64,000 nt of DNA from a virus. A program made the translations under genes and the position numbers. Of this stretch, positions 17,705-28,891 are shown in pieces. Location of the stretch: IMG/VR virus record IMGVR_UViG_3300035698_012962, positions 32,001 to 96,000 of that record, one strand, 5' to 3'. Position 1 is the stretch's first letter; each line of letters starts with the position of its first letter. The notes under the pieces were generated by a model. That model saw only the letters and a list, made by a program, of their open reading frames with translations, was not told the DNA's origin and did no database searches.

Positions 17705-17858
17705 TACAATTGTAAAATAGTTCTGAAATTTCATTAAAAATGATCTTAACTTATAGGTTTCTATACATTTTTTGATATTATATTTTATATTTTTTTAAAA
17801 TAAGTTGTATTTTATCTGATATTGTAATTGTAGGAATAAAACTAAGTATGAGTAATCT

Positions 17859-18626
17859 TTAACAACTACTTTGTCCAGATAATAATTCTCCACTACCCCC
17901 ACTAACTTGTCTGTAAAAATCAGCTGATAAGAAATTACCTTCCGTACCACGAGCATAATAACCATTAGGTGCAGGATTTGTTTCAGCATTTGTTGTATAA
18001 AGAAAATCAGCATCACTAAATGTACCATTTGGTGAGTACCAATATTGTACATAATTATTTGGATCTGCCCATGCACTACATGCGGTTGATGCAGTACTGG
18101 CGTGATATGTGAGAAATATTGATTGCAATCCTGTAGTATTTATTCCATATGTAGTAGAAACTAAATGATCTCCTGTTTCTCTATTGAATCCATTATAATA
18201 AAGTAATTGAAATTGATAATTGGTTCCTGGTTGTAAACCGGTTGATGTATGAGGTCTGTTATTATTATTTGTAATAGTATCTATTGTTTCAATTGTTGTA
18301 AAACCACCACTACTTCCTACTCTTCGTTGCACAATTATAACCATTTTTGCACCAAATCCAACCGGAAAGTTTCCCCATTGACTTACTATAATATCAAATG
18401 ATATAGAATTATTTAATGGAACTACATTACTTGCCCAATTAACTGGGATAGATGGACTATCTGTATTTGCAAAAAACAAACGTGTATATTGATTCCCTGT
18501 AGAAAATGTAGCTGCATCATATATATCCCGTAATCCTTTTTGAGTTGCATTAATACGTGCAGATTTAGTACTTGATCCAAATTGATTATAAATTTCTAAA
18601 CGTGTTGGGGTAGAACTTAAAGCCAT
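17859..18626 (-). CDS. Tail-fibre-associated protein (FN3-like + Cys-bounded domain)
   Basis: FN3-like TGLQPGTNYQFQL; C-terminal AC...LYT...NGYY...C module; coupled to the tail fibre stop. Confidence 0.6.
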   Translation of the reverse strand: MALSSTPTRLEIYNQFGSSTKSARINATQKGLRDIYDAATFSTGNQYTRLFFANTDSPSIPVNWASNVVPLNNSISFDIIVSQWGNFPVGFGAKMVIIVQRRVGSSGGFTTIETIDTITNNNNRPHTSTGLQPGTNYQFQLLYYNGFNRETGDHLVSTTYGINTTGLQSIFLTYHASTASTACSAWADPNNYVQYWYSPNGTFSDADFLYTTNAETNPAPNGYYARGTEGNFLSADFYRQVSGGSGELLSGQSSC

Positions 18627-21600
18627 TATTTAATCCTTTCTTCTAATTTTTTGATTCTTTCTTCAAGTTGTTTAACTTTTTCTTGTTCTTCTTTCAACTT
18701 CATATGTAATTCATTTACACTTACTGCCGCTACACCTGCAAGGGATAATCCTGATACTGTTAGTATTTCACCAAATTCTTCATCTTTAATTGAACTTACT
18801 AAATCAGGATCATTTTGTTCTAATTCTTGTGCAATAATACCCCATTCTTTATATTCACTTCCTCGTTTTGTAAAGTTATATAATTTTACATTTTCTAATA
18901 ATTTTAATCCGCTACCTTCTTTATGTATGGTTTTAACACGTTTATCTGATGGTGATATATGATTTGGAGCAATATTATTTCCTGTTGTTTGTATTACTCC
19001 ATTAGTCCCAATTGCCGCAACTGGAACTAATCCGGCTTTCCCCCATGTCCACCCACGACCTACAGTACCATCCATTGAATTTTTAATACTATAATCAGTT
19101 ACAGGACCATATTTATAATCAGTACCTGTTCCCATACTAATTTTATATGATTCATTTGACCACAACCTTATACCATTTCCTTCAGCCGGGACAATATCCA
19201 GTTTTGTGACAGTAGGTATAGAAAAAGTAGGACTATCAGTGGTGCCAACAGATTGACCAATAGCAATAGATGGATTACCACTTACACCATTTCCATTACT
19301 AACTGTTACGCCCGCTTCACCTATAATTGTTCTTGCTGAGAATGCATTAGATGATGTTCGAGTTAATATACCATTTGAATTAAAATTATGAAGTGTTAAT
19401 GCTTGTCCTGTTAATGAAATTGTACCTGAAGTAGTTATTGTACCGCCTGTCAACCCCGTTCCTGTTCCAATTGATGTAACTCCACTACTTACTGACCAAG
19501 ACCGATTAGCACTTAAATCATATCCGACCCCATTAATAGTCAATATTCTTCCAGTAGGTACGGCACCTATTTGAGTAGTAGTTACTGAATGAGGATTATT
19601 TGTTGTAGATACGTGATTATATCCACTATCCCAATTTGTCGATTTAGTTGAATCAATATTAAGTGTAATCGTTTGGTTAGATGATTGGTTTAATGAAAAA
19701 TTACCACCGTCTGATAAATTAGTGCCTGCTGATATCGTTATTGTAGAGTTATTTGGAATGGAGGTTCCTGTGCCACCTGTAGAACCACCTAATACACTTG
19801 CCAATGATAGTAATTCACCAGTACCTAATTTTACAAACAATCCGTTTTGATTTAATAATACGTGCTGTTCTACTTGCTGCACTGTATATGAAAAATCTGC
19901 AGCAGTTGCACCCACTACACTTGGATCGCCATGCGAAATACCAAATTTTAATGTATAATTGTTTTGTATAGGTATGAAACTTATTACACCGTGACTAATG
20001 TTTGTTGGTTCTCCTGAAGTAGCAAACTCAGTATCATCTATTGAAAATGTCCATCCTTGTGCCGTATTAGTAGTTCCAGATGTTACTGTTACTGAATTAA
20101 TTTTTACTATAATGATACTATTTTGGTATGCACTTAAATCAATAGAAGTTGTTTCAGTTGAATATGTAGAACCAGCCGTTCCGCTATTAACTTCATGAAC
20201 TGTAGTAATTATTGTATTTGTTGTAGGAGTTCCCTGTGGAAAATCAGGAATACCAAAATTTGCATCGGGGCCGATCACCACTGAAGGTGTTGATTTCGTT
20301 GGGAGTGAGATGTTATTTACTACTGTTAAGTTACCTAATTCACCATCTGTTGCTATTATACTACCTGAGATTTCTAAGTTTTGACCTGTCCATAGTAATG
20401 AACCTGATGCTCCAGCAAGAGACATTTTATAATCAGTATCTACCTTCCCAATGAATATCCCTTCATTTCCATAGATACCTTGAACCGGATCTTGTCCTAA
20501 TGAGAAAAATGGCCCTGAAACTCCATTTGATCCTGATATTGGATCTCCACCGTATAATGTAATATTAGCAGTCGCCGGAGCGGTTGTTGCATTATTCCCA
20601 ATATTAATAGTATTTCGTACAAACGATTCATCGAATATAGCTATTTTAGCAGCAACAAAGAAATCTTCCGTACCTAAATCCTGCCAATAAGTAGTATTAG
20701 TTGGTAAATTACCTTGCGTTTGTTGTAATGTAGCATAATATCTTTCATTATATAAAACTGCATCTCTTCTAGCACCTGCTCCTGTTGTGAATTGATATGT
20801 TCTTGCATTATCATATTCACCTGTAAATACCACACCAGGGCCGGTATTCCCATCTAATACGATGTATAAGATATGTTCTAATCCACTTATAGTTACAGTC
20901 GTTCCATCTGTTGTTTTATATTCTACATCAAATGATATTGTTATTGGTGAAAACCCTGTTGGTGTAGATGGTGTTACACTTCCATTATTATTATTAGTTC
21001 CATTTGTAATATTTACAATTCTAAATCTTCTATTATCAGCTAAAGTTGATTGGTATATAAAAGTACCACTTTTATCAAATACTTTTAAGGAAAATATAGA
21101 TGGTGTTGAATATGTTTCATCAATAGGATCGTAAACAACCTGTGAAGTTGCAGGTACAATATTTACAGTTACCCCATCCGACCCGTCTGCACCATCACCG
21201 CCATCTGTTGAAACTTTAATAGTGTGTATTAAACTTGTAGAATTAGAATTACCTTCAGAATCTTTGTATGTTATCGGTATAGTTAACGTAATACCACTTG
21301 CCCCTACATCTGCAGGATAAATTGTATCACCTACTACGGAAGCACCTGTAATCGAGCCTATTTGAAATTGACTATTACCAGTACCAATTGTGTATGTTGT
21401 TTCACCTTCCTTTACAGTTACAGTAAATGACTGTGGAGATTCAATTACACTAGTATTTGATTGGTTAACAGTTTGTGAATATGACGATAATTGAGCTGTA
21501 ACAGATGGAACCCCAGCGGTAGCGGCTGAAACAGAAAACTCAATCCCACCTGTATCAGTTTCACCAATTGAATTCATCCATTGAATAGAAATATTCCCAT

Positions 21601-24600
21601 TTACTTGTTTTCCTGTTACAATAGTAGGTGTAGTAGGTTGAACCGTTGTATTAGTAGTGGCGCCACCAACTGTACCAGATGAAGATAATATTTTAAACGT
21701 ATTTGATGTTAATGTAGTACCAAAAGAAACACCTGTATAATTAGCACCACCTTCATTTACAAATACTGTAATTGGATTTGGAGTATTTACACTTGTTAAG
21801 TTTGAATTTGATTCAACTGTCTGTGAAATTGGCTCTCCATAATATATAGTTGTAGGTTTCGCTTCTTTAGAAACACTAACATTGAATATTACTGATTCAT
21901 TAGTAAACTCTACACCTTCAGAGTTCATATAATTTACTAATGCAGATCCTGTTATTCCTAAATTAGTAGATGGTGTATCTGGTTGAATAATTGTATCAGT
22001 TACTAATGTACCACCTTCTACATTTGTATTTACTTTAAATTGATTTGGTTGTAATGTTGAAGCAAATGGAATAGATGAATATAAACTTCCACCTTCAGTT
22101 ACTTTAATTTCTATTTCTCTTGGTGTATCAACATCTGAAAAATTATCATTTGCTCTAACACTCTGAGTGGATGGATCTGCACGTAATGCTATTAAAGGTT
22201 TTGCATCTTTTGTTTTTGATAATGATAAATTATCTGTAATATTTCTTACAACATTTTCAGTATCTTGAACCTGAATATCCAGATCTATTTTGGAAAAATC
22301 AACTCCTCCATCAATGACACTGCCTGTTAAATTAATTAACACAGTATCCGTACCTTCACCTGAAATTGAAACTGGTGAAATTGAAGAAGAAACTAAATTT
22401 ATATTACTAATTGTAGCAAATTGTGAAGAACCTTCGTATATTTCCTGTACCCTCACTTCTACAATAGATAAGTTACTTGATGGTTTTTGTATTCCAGTTG
22501 AAAATGAATTTACTGTTTGATTTCTTGGTGAAATGAATGGTGTTAATATAGGTGCGGCGATCTTTGCCTTGGAATAGTTTATACTTCTATTAACAACTTC
22601 TATTTTACCAGCCCCATCTTTATAAGTTATTTCCAAATTAATAACAGCTTCTGTCTGTGAAGCAGGAAATGATGAAAGCCCAACGGTTGCAGTAGTACCA
22701 CTTTGATTTGGAGGTATTGGTAATAATGTAGATGAAGCACCTCCACCGTTTCCATTTATTAATGTATAACCTGTTATTTCCCAACTATTTGGAAGTTGTG
22801 TAGGTGAAGTATTATATTGGATACTATCATCACTTACTGTGACAGATAAATTTACATTTCCATCTACAACATTATCTATCAAAACACCAGTAGATTTAGA
22901 ATTAAATGTATGAGTTTCTTTTGTTAATTTTACATTTACCGCATCATCTATAATTACTGGATCAATTTTCACTGAATCCGTATATGGAATACCCCTAACA
23001 TCATTCACAGAGAATGTATATCTTGTAGTTCCATCTAATGCTTGATATGTATTATTACCAGTTCCCGCAGTTAATATATAAGTTTCAGTTGGTGTAGGTG
23101 GACTGACCGCAGTAAACTCTCTTCCCGATGGATCTGTAGAACTTGTAGTTTCATTACCTACAGGTAAATTTTCTTTTGTTAATTCTATTTGAATTGTTTG
23201 ATTTGCTGGATAAGGTCGTAAATCAGTTCTTTTATATGTAAATTGATTTTTATCTGCACTTACTTTTAATTGTTTCGCCGAATCTCCAACATCTTGTCGA
23301 TATATAGTGAATACAGATTCCACAGGAAAATCAGTTTGTGTTGGATCTTCTTGAACGGAATACACAATACTACCTACAATATTTCTATAATCTGTGATTG
23401 GGTTTTCGTGATAAGAGCCAGTGAAATTTGCAATGGGTAATGTGTATACTTCTCTATTACTTGTATTTGTTTGTTCTATTAACTCTCCGGGGTAATCAAA
23501 CGAAGATCCAGTATATTTTCCTTCTGGTATTATACTTCCAGTAATATCATATACTTCTCTATTTATTAACAAATCACCAAATATTTTATTTTTTAAAATA
23601 GTGATTGTCTTTAATTGGTTTTCAGGTGTTGGTAAATCTTCAGCATCAAATGCAAAGAATGGATTTGGGTTAAAGTTTATTTGTAAACTCTTATCAATAG
23701 ATTGAACATTACCCGCGCTGAATGTTTGGGTTTTGAATATATTAACGGGAATATAATTATTATTGATATCGTAAAACTCAAATTTAAAATCAAACGTTTC
23801 AATTTCTAATTCTCGTCTAATTGGAACCGTAAATGAGATATCGTCAGGAGAAAATGAAGTTTCTTGTGAAGATTTAAAAGAAACTTTACCAAAATCCCAT
23901 CTCTCTCCTGCTATTTCAAATATTAATGTATATTCACCCGTTTCTTTAATTTTTACATTTCTAGCAATAGTTTGAACATTTTTTAGTATACTTGTAGGTT
24001 TGAACTTTACTATATCAGTTTTTACAGTGCTCCCTGAATCTCGGTCTGTTTCTAAATAAACATATACTAATTCCTTTGGAGTAATGTCACCTGTAAATTT
24101 CATATCAAACTCAAGTGTATACTCACCATTTTCAAATAAACGTACTTTTTTATCTAATGATATTTTTTGTGGTACGGTTTCACTTAATCCACCCTCAATT
24201 TTTAAACCGCCTAATACATTTTCATTTGTTTGGGTAACTGTATAATTCCCAGTAGTACTCCAATAATTTTGCCAATCTTGTGTGAATAATCCAATAGGTA
24301 CTATGGAGCCACTTTCTACTACTTGTAAATATTCTTTGGACTCAAGTAACATATCCTCAATTAATTCGTAGTCAGAAATGGATAGTGCTGGTTTGGATAA
24401 TATTTTAACCCTAGCAACATCACCAACGAATGTTCGTAATTGTTGCATATCAAATTGAGCGAATGAGGCGAGAACTGAAGATTCATTTGTTACTTCAACT
24501 GTTTCATATGCTAATTCATAATTTGTAGCATCAAATGAAGCAACTTTACCATTTATGACATACGGTTGTCTTATAATTAATTCTTTATCATTGATGAAAC

Positions 24601-25318
24601 TATCAACTGGTTGGTTATTAATTCCAACACCACTTACTGTAATAGATGTATTTCTAGGTGAGATTGGAGTTGGAAATATACCATCTGTCTTTCTTAATTT
24701 ATAAAATACAGAACCAGGAAACTTATTTAACGTAGTACCCTCTTCAGGTTGAACTGGAATACCTCGTATTGAGCCTGAATCTATACTTGTTTCAAATCTC
24801 CGATTAAATAACGAACCACTTAATTCAGTAATATCAATTTCTGGTCTTCTATAAAATCTAACTTTATCTTCATTAGCTAAATTTCTGTTTATTTTAAATG
24901 TTTTTTCCCATTTAATATTATATATTCCCTTCCATTCATCAGGTACTTCTACAGTATCACCAGATTCATCTACATAAGTTTTTAATTCACCAAAAATACG
25001 AATAGTTGCTTCACCGATTGGTGTATCTCCGTAAATATGAACAGAAACTACTTTAGATAGCCCTTCATAATATTCAGGAACACCATCCCCTGGTTCGTGA
25101 TAAACAGGAGTTCCATTAACATCTAAAATTTCAATTTGAAGTTCTGTGGATTCCTTTAAAAATTTAGTACCTTCAATTAAAAATCCGTTCTTTCCGCCAG
25201 TGAATACATCTTTAAACTCATCTACTTTAAAATAAAAAGATTTTGGATCGGTATCCGTTATAAACGTTTTATACGATTCTAAATTTAATCTCGGTGAGAA
25301 TGATTTTATTATAGGCAA
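18626..25318 (-). CDS. Large tail fibre protein with C-terminal peptidase S74 intramolecular chaperone
   Basis: 2230 aa, TTG start, Thr/Ser/Gly rich; SDKRVK...GIIAQEL...VNEL + coiled coil at 18629-18949; internal repeated modules. Confidence 0.85.
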   Translation of the reverse strand: MPIIKSFSPRLNLESYKTFITDTDPKSFYFKVDEFKDVFTGGKNGFLIEGTKFLKESTELQIEILDVNGTPVYHEPGDGVPEYYEGLSKVVSVHIYGDTPIGEATIRIFGELKTYVDESGDTVEVPDEWKGIYNIKWEKTFKINRNLANEDKVRFYRRPEIDITELSGSLFNRRFETSIDSGSIRGIPVQPEEGTTLNKFPGSVFYKLRKTDGIFPTPISPRNTSITVSGVGINNQPVDSFINDKELIIRQPYVINGKVASFDATNYELAYETVEVTNESSVLASFAQFDMQQLRTFVGDVARVKILSKPALSISDYELIEDMLLESKEYLQVVESGSIVPIGLFTQDWQNYWSTTGNYTVTQTNENVLGGLKIEGGLSETVPQKISLDKKVRLFENGEYTLEFDMKFTGDITPKELVYVYLETDRDSGSTVKTDIVKFKPTSILKNVQTIARNVKIKETGEYTLIFEIAGERWDFGKVSFKSSQETSFSPDDISFTVPIRRELEIETFDFKFEFYDINNNYIPVNIFKTQTFSAGNVQSIDKSLQINFNPNPFFAFDAEDLPTPENQLKTITILKNKIFGDLLINREVYDITGSIIPEGKYTGSSFDYPGELIEQTNTSNREVYTLPIANFTGSYHENPITDYRNIVGSIVYSVQEDPTQTDFPVESVFTIYRQDVGDSAKQLKVSADKNQFTYKRTDLRPYPANQTIQIELTKENLPVGNETTSSTDPSGREFTAVSPPTPTETYILTAGTGNNTYQALDGTTRYTFSVNDVRGIPYTDSVKIDPVIIDDAVNVKLTKETHTFNSKSTGVLIDNVVDGNVNLSVTVSDDSIQYNTSPTQLPNSWEITGYTLINGNGGGASSTLLPIPPNQSGTTATVGLSSFPASQTEAVINLEITYKDGAGKIEVVNRSINYSKAKIAAPILTPFISPRNQTVNSFSTGIQKPSSNLSIVEVRVQEIYEGSSQFATISNINLVSSSISPVSISGEGTDTVLINLTGSVIDGGVDFSKIDLDIQVQDTENVVRNITDNLSLSKTKDAKPLIALRADPSTQSVRANDNFSDVDTPREIEIKVTEGGSLYSSIPFASTLQPNQFKVNTNVEGGTLVTDTIIQPDTPSTNLGITGSALVNYMNSEGVEFTNESVIFNVSVSKEAKPTTIYYGEPISQTVESNSNLTSVNTPNPITVFVNEGGANYTGVSFGTTLTSNTFKILSSSGTVGGATTNTTVQPTTPTIVTGKQVNGNISIQWMNSIGETDTGGIEFSVSAATAGVPSVTAQLSSYSQTVNQSNTSVIESPQSFTVTVKEGETTYTIGTGNSQFQIGSITGASVVGDTIYPADVGASGITLTIPITYKDSEGNSNSTSLIHTIKVSTDGGDGADGSDGVTVNIVPATSQVVYDPIDETYSTPSIFSLKVFDKSGTFIYQSTLADNRRFRIVNITNGTNNNNGSVTPSTPTGFSPITISFDVEYKTTDGTTVTISGLEHILYIVLDGNTGPGVVFTGEYDNARTYQFTTGAGARRDAVLYNERYYATLQQTQGNLPTNTTYWQDLGTEDFFVAAKIAIFDESFVRNTINIGNNATTAPATANITLYGGDPISGSNGVSGPFFSLGQDPVQGIYGNEGIFIGKVDTDYKMSLAGASGSLLWTGQNLEISGSIIATDGELGNLTVVNNISLPTKSTPSVVIGPDANFGIPDFPQGTPTTNTIITTVHEVNSGTAGSTYSTETTSIDLSAYQNSIIIVKINSVTVTSGTTNTAQGWTFSIDDTEFATSGEPTNISHGVISFIPIQNNYTLKFGISHGDPSVVGATAADFSYTVQQVEQHVLLNQNGLFVKLGTGELLSLASVLGGSTGGTGTSIPNNSTITISAGTNLSDGGNFSLNQSSNQTITLNIDSTKSTNWDSGYNHVSTTNNPHSVTTTQIGAVPTGRILTINGVGYDLSANRSWSVSSGVTSIGTGTGLTGGTITTSGTISLTGQALTLHNFNSNGILTRTSSNAFSARTIIGEAGVTVSNGNGVSGNPSIAIGQSVGTTDSPTFSIPTVTKLDIVPAEGNGIRLWSNESYKISMGTGTDYKYGPVTDYSIKNSMDGTVGRGWTWGKAGLVPVAAIGTNGVIQTTGNNIAPNHISPSDKRVKTIHKEGSGLKLLENVKLYNFTKRGSEYKEWGIIAQELEQNDPDLVSSIKDEEFGEILTVSGLSLAGVAAVSVNELHMKLKEEQEKVKQLEERIKKLEERIK

Positions 25319-25380
25319 AATATTATTATTTTAAGTGTATTCGTATATAAATACTCAAAAAATGAAAAATGTATATATAT

Positions 25381-25410
25381 TAATATAGAATTTTATAGAA
25401 TTGTATAGTT
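25381..25410 (+). repeat. Three tandem 10-bp units (nnnTATAGWW), operator-like
   Basis: taaTATAGAA tttTATAGAA ttgTATAGTT in the divergent intergenic region. Confidence 0.5.
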
Positions 25411-25527
25411 ATTCAAATTTTGATTGTAACGAAGTGAATTAAAATAGAGAAGTATGTTTTACACCTTACCCTATTGAACACCGTAGAATTGAAATTTGAT
25501 GGGTTAATGTTAAAATAAATAAGTAGA

Positions 25528-25695
25528 ATGGAAAAGAGATATACAACATTACAAATAAACAAAGAATTGCACAGAGAATTAAAAGAATATTGTAAAAAAC
25601 GGGGATTTAAGATATCCGGTTTGGTAGAAACTATTATAAAAAATAAAATAACACCTTCCCGATCAAACGAAAAGGTGTTAAAGGTTAAACGTTGA
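25528..25695 (+). CDS. Ribbon-helix-helix DNA-binding protein (55 aa)
   Basis: Not in ORF track. MEKRYTTLQINKELHRELKEYCKKRGFKISGLVETIIKNK...: beta-strand, helix, G-x-x-I-S turn, helix. Confidence 0.75.
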   Translation: MEKRYTTLQINKELHRELKEYCKKRGFKISGLVETIIKNKITPSRSNEKVLKVKR

Positions 25696-28600
25696 CTTTA
25701 GAGAATCCTTTTTCTTTCCTAATCTCAATTAATTGGTCAGCAAAGTCCCTTGAAGTATCCAAATGGGATATTAATACAACAAATTCAAATTGAGTCTTTA
25801 AATAGTTAAATAACATAAATACTGATTGTAAGTTTTCACTGTCTAATGAACCTAACCCTTCATCAATAATTAAGAATGTAGGATGTGGTAAATTACAAAT
25901 GTTAATTAACGCCACTCTAATTGCAAGACCTGAAATGAACCTCTCCATTCCACTACATAATTCCAATGCCCATCGTTGGTCATCATAATTAATATATGCA
26001 TTTATATTTTTACCATCCATCTCTAATTCCATTGAAAATTCAACAATTTGTGATAATATATTGTTAATTTCCCCTTCAATTGATGGTATGGACTGTTTAA
26101 TTAACTCATATGGAACACCATCTCTCTTTACAGCCTCAATATAAAGTTCTAATGCCTTTTGATCCTCTTCTAACTTTTTAATTTTATCTATTTGTGATAA
26201 AATATATTGTTTATCATTTTTTAATGTAGAAATTTTACCATTTAACTCTAAAACATCTTTATTATAATCGGCTAATGATTGTTTTATATTAGATAAATCA
26301 TCCTTATAATCAGCTATCTCTAACTTAATTACTTTGTTTTTCTCAATATCTGTTTCAAATTTGTAATATTCTTCGATATTTTTCTTATTTTCCTTGATTT
26401 TTTCATCAATTCGCTGTATATTGTTAGTTTGTGTTAGTATAAACTCTTTATTTTGTTGGATTTTACGTTCTTTTTCATAAATAGAGTTTTTTAAATCTAA
26501 ATATCCACTCCATTTCTCCTCAGCAGATTTTACATCACTAATATCAGCGTTAATATCGTCTAATTGATTAATTAATTTATTTAAATGGGTATTTAACCTA
26601 TTTATTTCGTTTGTTGAGTTTTCTCTTGTTTTTATAACCGTTTCTGCATTTTCTACACAAAAATCACAACTATCATCGTATTCATACCCCTCAACTTCCT
26701 TTAATCTACCTTGAAAACCTTCAATCTTTAAATTAATTTTATCTTTTTCATGTTTTAACTTAGTTTTATTAGTATTTAAAGTTTTTAATGTATTAAAATT
26801 ACGTTTTAGATCATCTTCATCTAATTTATTGAATATTTCCTTTAATGTATTATATTCAGTAACAGTAGGTTTTATTTTTTCTTGTTCTTTTTCTATTTTA
26901 TCTTCAATAGATGATACCTCCGACTTTAATAACTCCTTTTCTTGTTCTAAAACCTTAATATCTTGAACATCTGTCGATAAATTAATTAATTTTTCATTCA
27001 ATTCTTCAATTTTATCAATGATACTATCTTTTTCTTTCTCCAACTCCACAACATCATCATTTATTTGTTGATATTGTAATTCCAGCATTGAAATATCAGA
27101 TGTAAGATCGGATAATTTCTCTGAATAGTTCTCCGTATTGAAATTTTTAATTAACGTTTGGTTTTCCTTATTAATATCCAATGCAATAGTGGATAATTTA
27201 TCAAAAATATCAACGCCTGTGAATTGAGAAAGAATATCTTTACGTTCTGTTTGAGATTTATCAATAAATAAGGCATTATTACCTTGTAATGATAAAGCAG
27301 TTAAGATAAAGTCATCATATGTACCTAAATAAGTTTCAATAATTGAATTAGTATCTCTTCGTTGCTCACCGTTAAGATTTACATGATCCCCTAATGTGTT
27401 TATTTTCCAAAAATCGACATCTACCTTTACAGTAGTACCTTTTTTGTTCATTTTTGCTATTCTCTCAATAAAATAATCTTCGTTATTGATTCTGAACTGA
27501 AATTTACATCTAAAATTCTTTTTTTGGTTGTTTAATATTTGAATAGCTTTAAATGCTCTTTCAGATTTATCAAAAATACAAAAAGATAGGGCTGAGAACA
27601 AACTACTCTTTCCAGATGCGTTTGGGGCAAATATACCAATTAAACCTTTTAAATTTTCAAATTCAACAGAGTTACCTTCACCATAAGAGAACATATTAGA
27701 AAATTCAAACTTAACTGGTTCCCATAATATGTTTTTATCTACAATATCGGATGATGTTAGTTCATTATTTAATCTATTATTTAAATCAGTGATTATCTCT
27801 TTAGCTTCATTATCTATTCCGAAATTTCTTTCCAAATAATCAGTAATAAGTTCATTTTGTGAAGTAATATCCTTAATATTGTTAAATATATTAGACTCAT
27901 TTACCCCATCGCTAAATTTTAGTTTAGAAATTGTATCTGTTCTTGAGTATGATATTGAATCAATCGAAAACAGTGATTGAAGTTCTGTCAATCGTAACTT
28001 CATATCAGATGTTTCCGTATTAGTAAACCGTACTCTCATTCTTGGGTATTTTGGGAGTTTATTATCCCTTTCATCATATACCCATTGAGGTATTTTATTA
28101 TCTACAACATCAACGGTAACATATCCCCAATCATTTTTTATATCACGTTCGGTAAAGGTACGTTTTTTAATATCCCATAATAAGTAACCATGATTTTCTA
28201 ATAATTCTCCATGGTTTTGTTGGATCATCGAACCACAGTATTGTATTATTGGTTTTTTTTCTTTCTCATTATATTCTTGTACAGTTTGTCGTTTGTGGAT
28301 ATCTCCAAGCATAGCCATATGCCACCCATCAAATGTCATCTGATTAAAATGTCTAGATACTACTTCGTACCCAATATCAGTCTTTACTCTATTGAGAGGT
28401 CCGTGAAAGAAACAAATTTTATGCTCTCCTTCAACATCCATCCCATCAGGCCAGTTTTCTTTTTCATCTAAAATAGAATATACTCCTGTTGTTAGATTTC
28501 CAATCTCATATACTCCAGTATCTCGTAAGTACACTACGTTTGGGTTGTTAATATTTTCTACTATAGGAGTTAATACATCAAGTCTGGATGGATTCTTATG

Positions 28601-28891
28601 GTTGCAATCATGATTACCTGTAATTAATACAGTTGGTCTTAAATTTCCACATTCATTTAAAAACCAACTTATCATCTGTACTAACTCAGGTGACATTTCA
28701 GTTTTAGCATGAGCGATATCTCCACCGATATAAATAAGTGAATTTTTTAGCTTATCTTTTTTAACAGTACTGAGAAATCGTTTGAAAACAGTTCTATATT
28801 CAGCATGTCTTTTTAAGTTTCTTATATGCAAATCCGCTAAGTGATAGACATAATCGAATTGTTGATCTTCAAAATATTTTAAATGTGTCAT
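25685..28891 (-). CDS. SbcD/Mre11 nuclease - SbcC/Rad50 ATPase fusion (T4 gp47-gp46-like)
   Basis: ADLH, GGD, GNHD, GDIH phosphoesterase motifs; Walker A APNASGKSS; CDFC zinc hook; SGMERF signature; LIIDEG; ISH. Confidence 0.93.
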   Translation of the reverse strand: MTHLKYFEDQQFDYVYHLADLHIRNLKRHAEYRTVFKRFLSTVKKDKLKNSLIYIGGDIAHAKTEMSPELVQMISWFLNECGNLRPTVLITGNHDCNHKNPSRLDVLTPIVENINNPNVVYLRDTGVYEIGNLTTGVYSILDEKENWPDGMDVEGEHKICFFHGPLNRVKTDIGYEVVSRHFNQMTFDGWHMAMLGDIHKRQTVQEYNEKEKKPIIQYCGSMIQQNHGELLENHGYLLWDIKKRTFTERDIKNDWGYVTVDVVDNKIPQWVYDERDNKLPKYPRMRVRFTNTETSDMKLRLTELQSLFSIDSISYSRTDTISKLKFSDGVNESNIFNNIKDITSQNELITDYLERNFGIDNEAKEIITDLNNRLNNELTSSDIVDKNILWEPVKFEFSNMFSYGEGNSVEFENLKGLIGIFAPNASGKSSLFSALSFCIFDKSERAFKAIQILNNQKKNFRCKFQFRINNEDYFIERIAKMNKKGTTVKVDVDFWKINTLGDHVNLNGEQRRDTNSIIETYLGTYDDFILTALSLQGNNALFIDKSQTERKDILSQFTGVDIFDKLSTIALDINKENQTLIKNFNTENYSEKLSDLTSDISMLELQYQQINDDVVELEKEKDSIIDKIEELNEKLINLSTDVQDIKVLEQEKELLKSEVSSIEDKIEKEQEKIKPTVTEYNTLKEIFNKLDEDDLKRNFNTLKTLNTNKTKLKHEKDKINLKIEGFQGRLKEVEGYEYDDSCDFCVENAETVIKTRENSTNEINRLNTHLNKLINQLDDINADISDVKSAEEKWSGYLDLKNSIYEKERKIQQNKEFILTQTNNIQRIDEKIKENKKNIEEYYKFETDIEKNKVIKLEIADYKDDLSNIKQSLADYNKDVLELNGKISTLKNDKQYILSQIDKIKKLEEDQKALELYIEAVKRDGVPYELIKQSIPSIEGEINNILSQIVEFSMELEMDGKNINAYINYDDQRWALELCSGMERFISGLAIRVALINICNLPHPTFLIIDEGLGSLDSENLQSVFMLFNYLKTQFEFVVLISHLDTSRDFADQLIEIRKEKGFSKVNV

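Noticed and set aside
17795-18076. 93-aa minus-strand ORF
   Set aside because: Out-of-frame overlap with the better-supported 17859..18626 gene.
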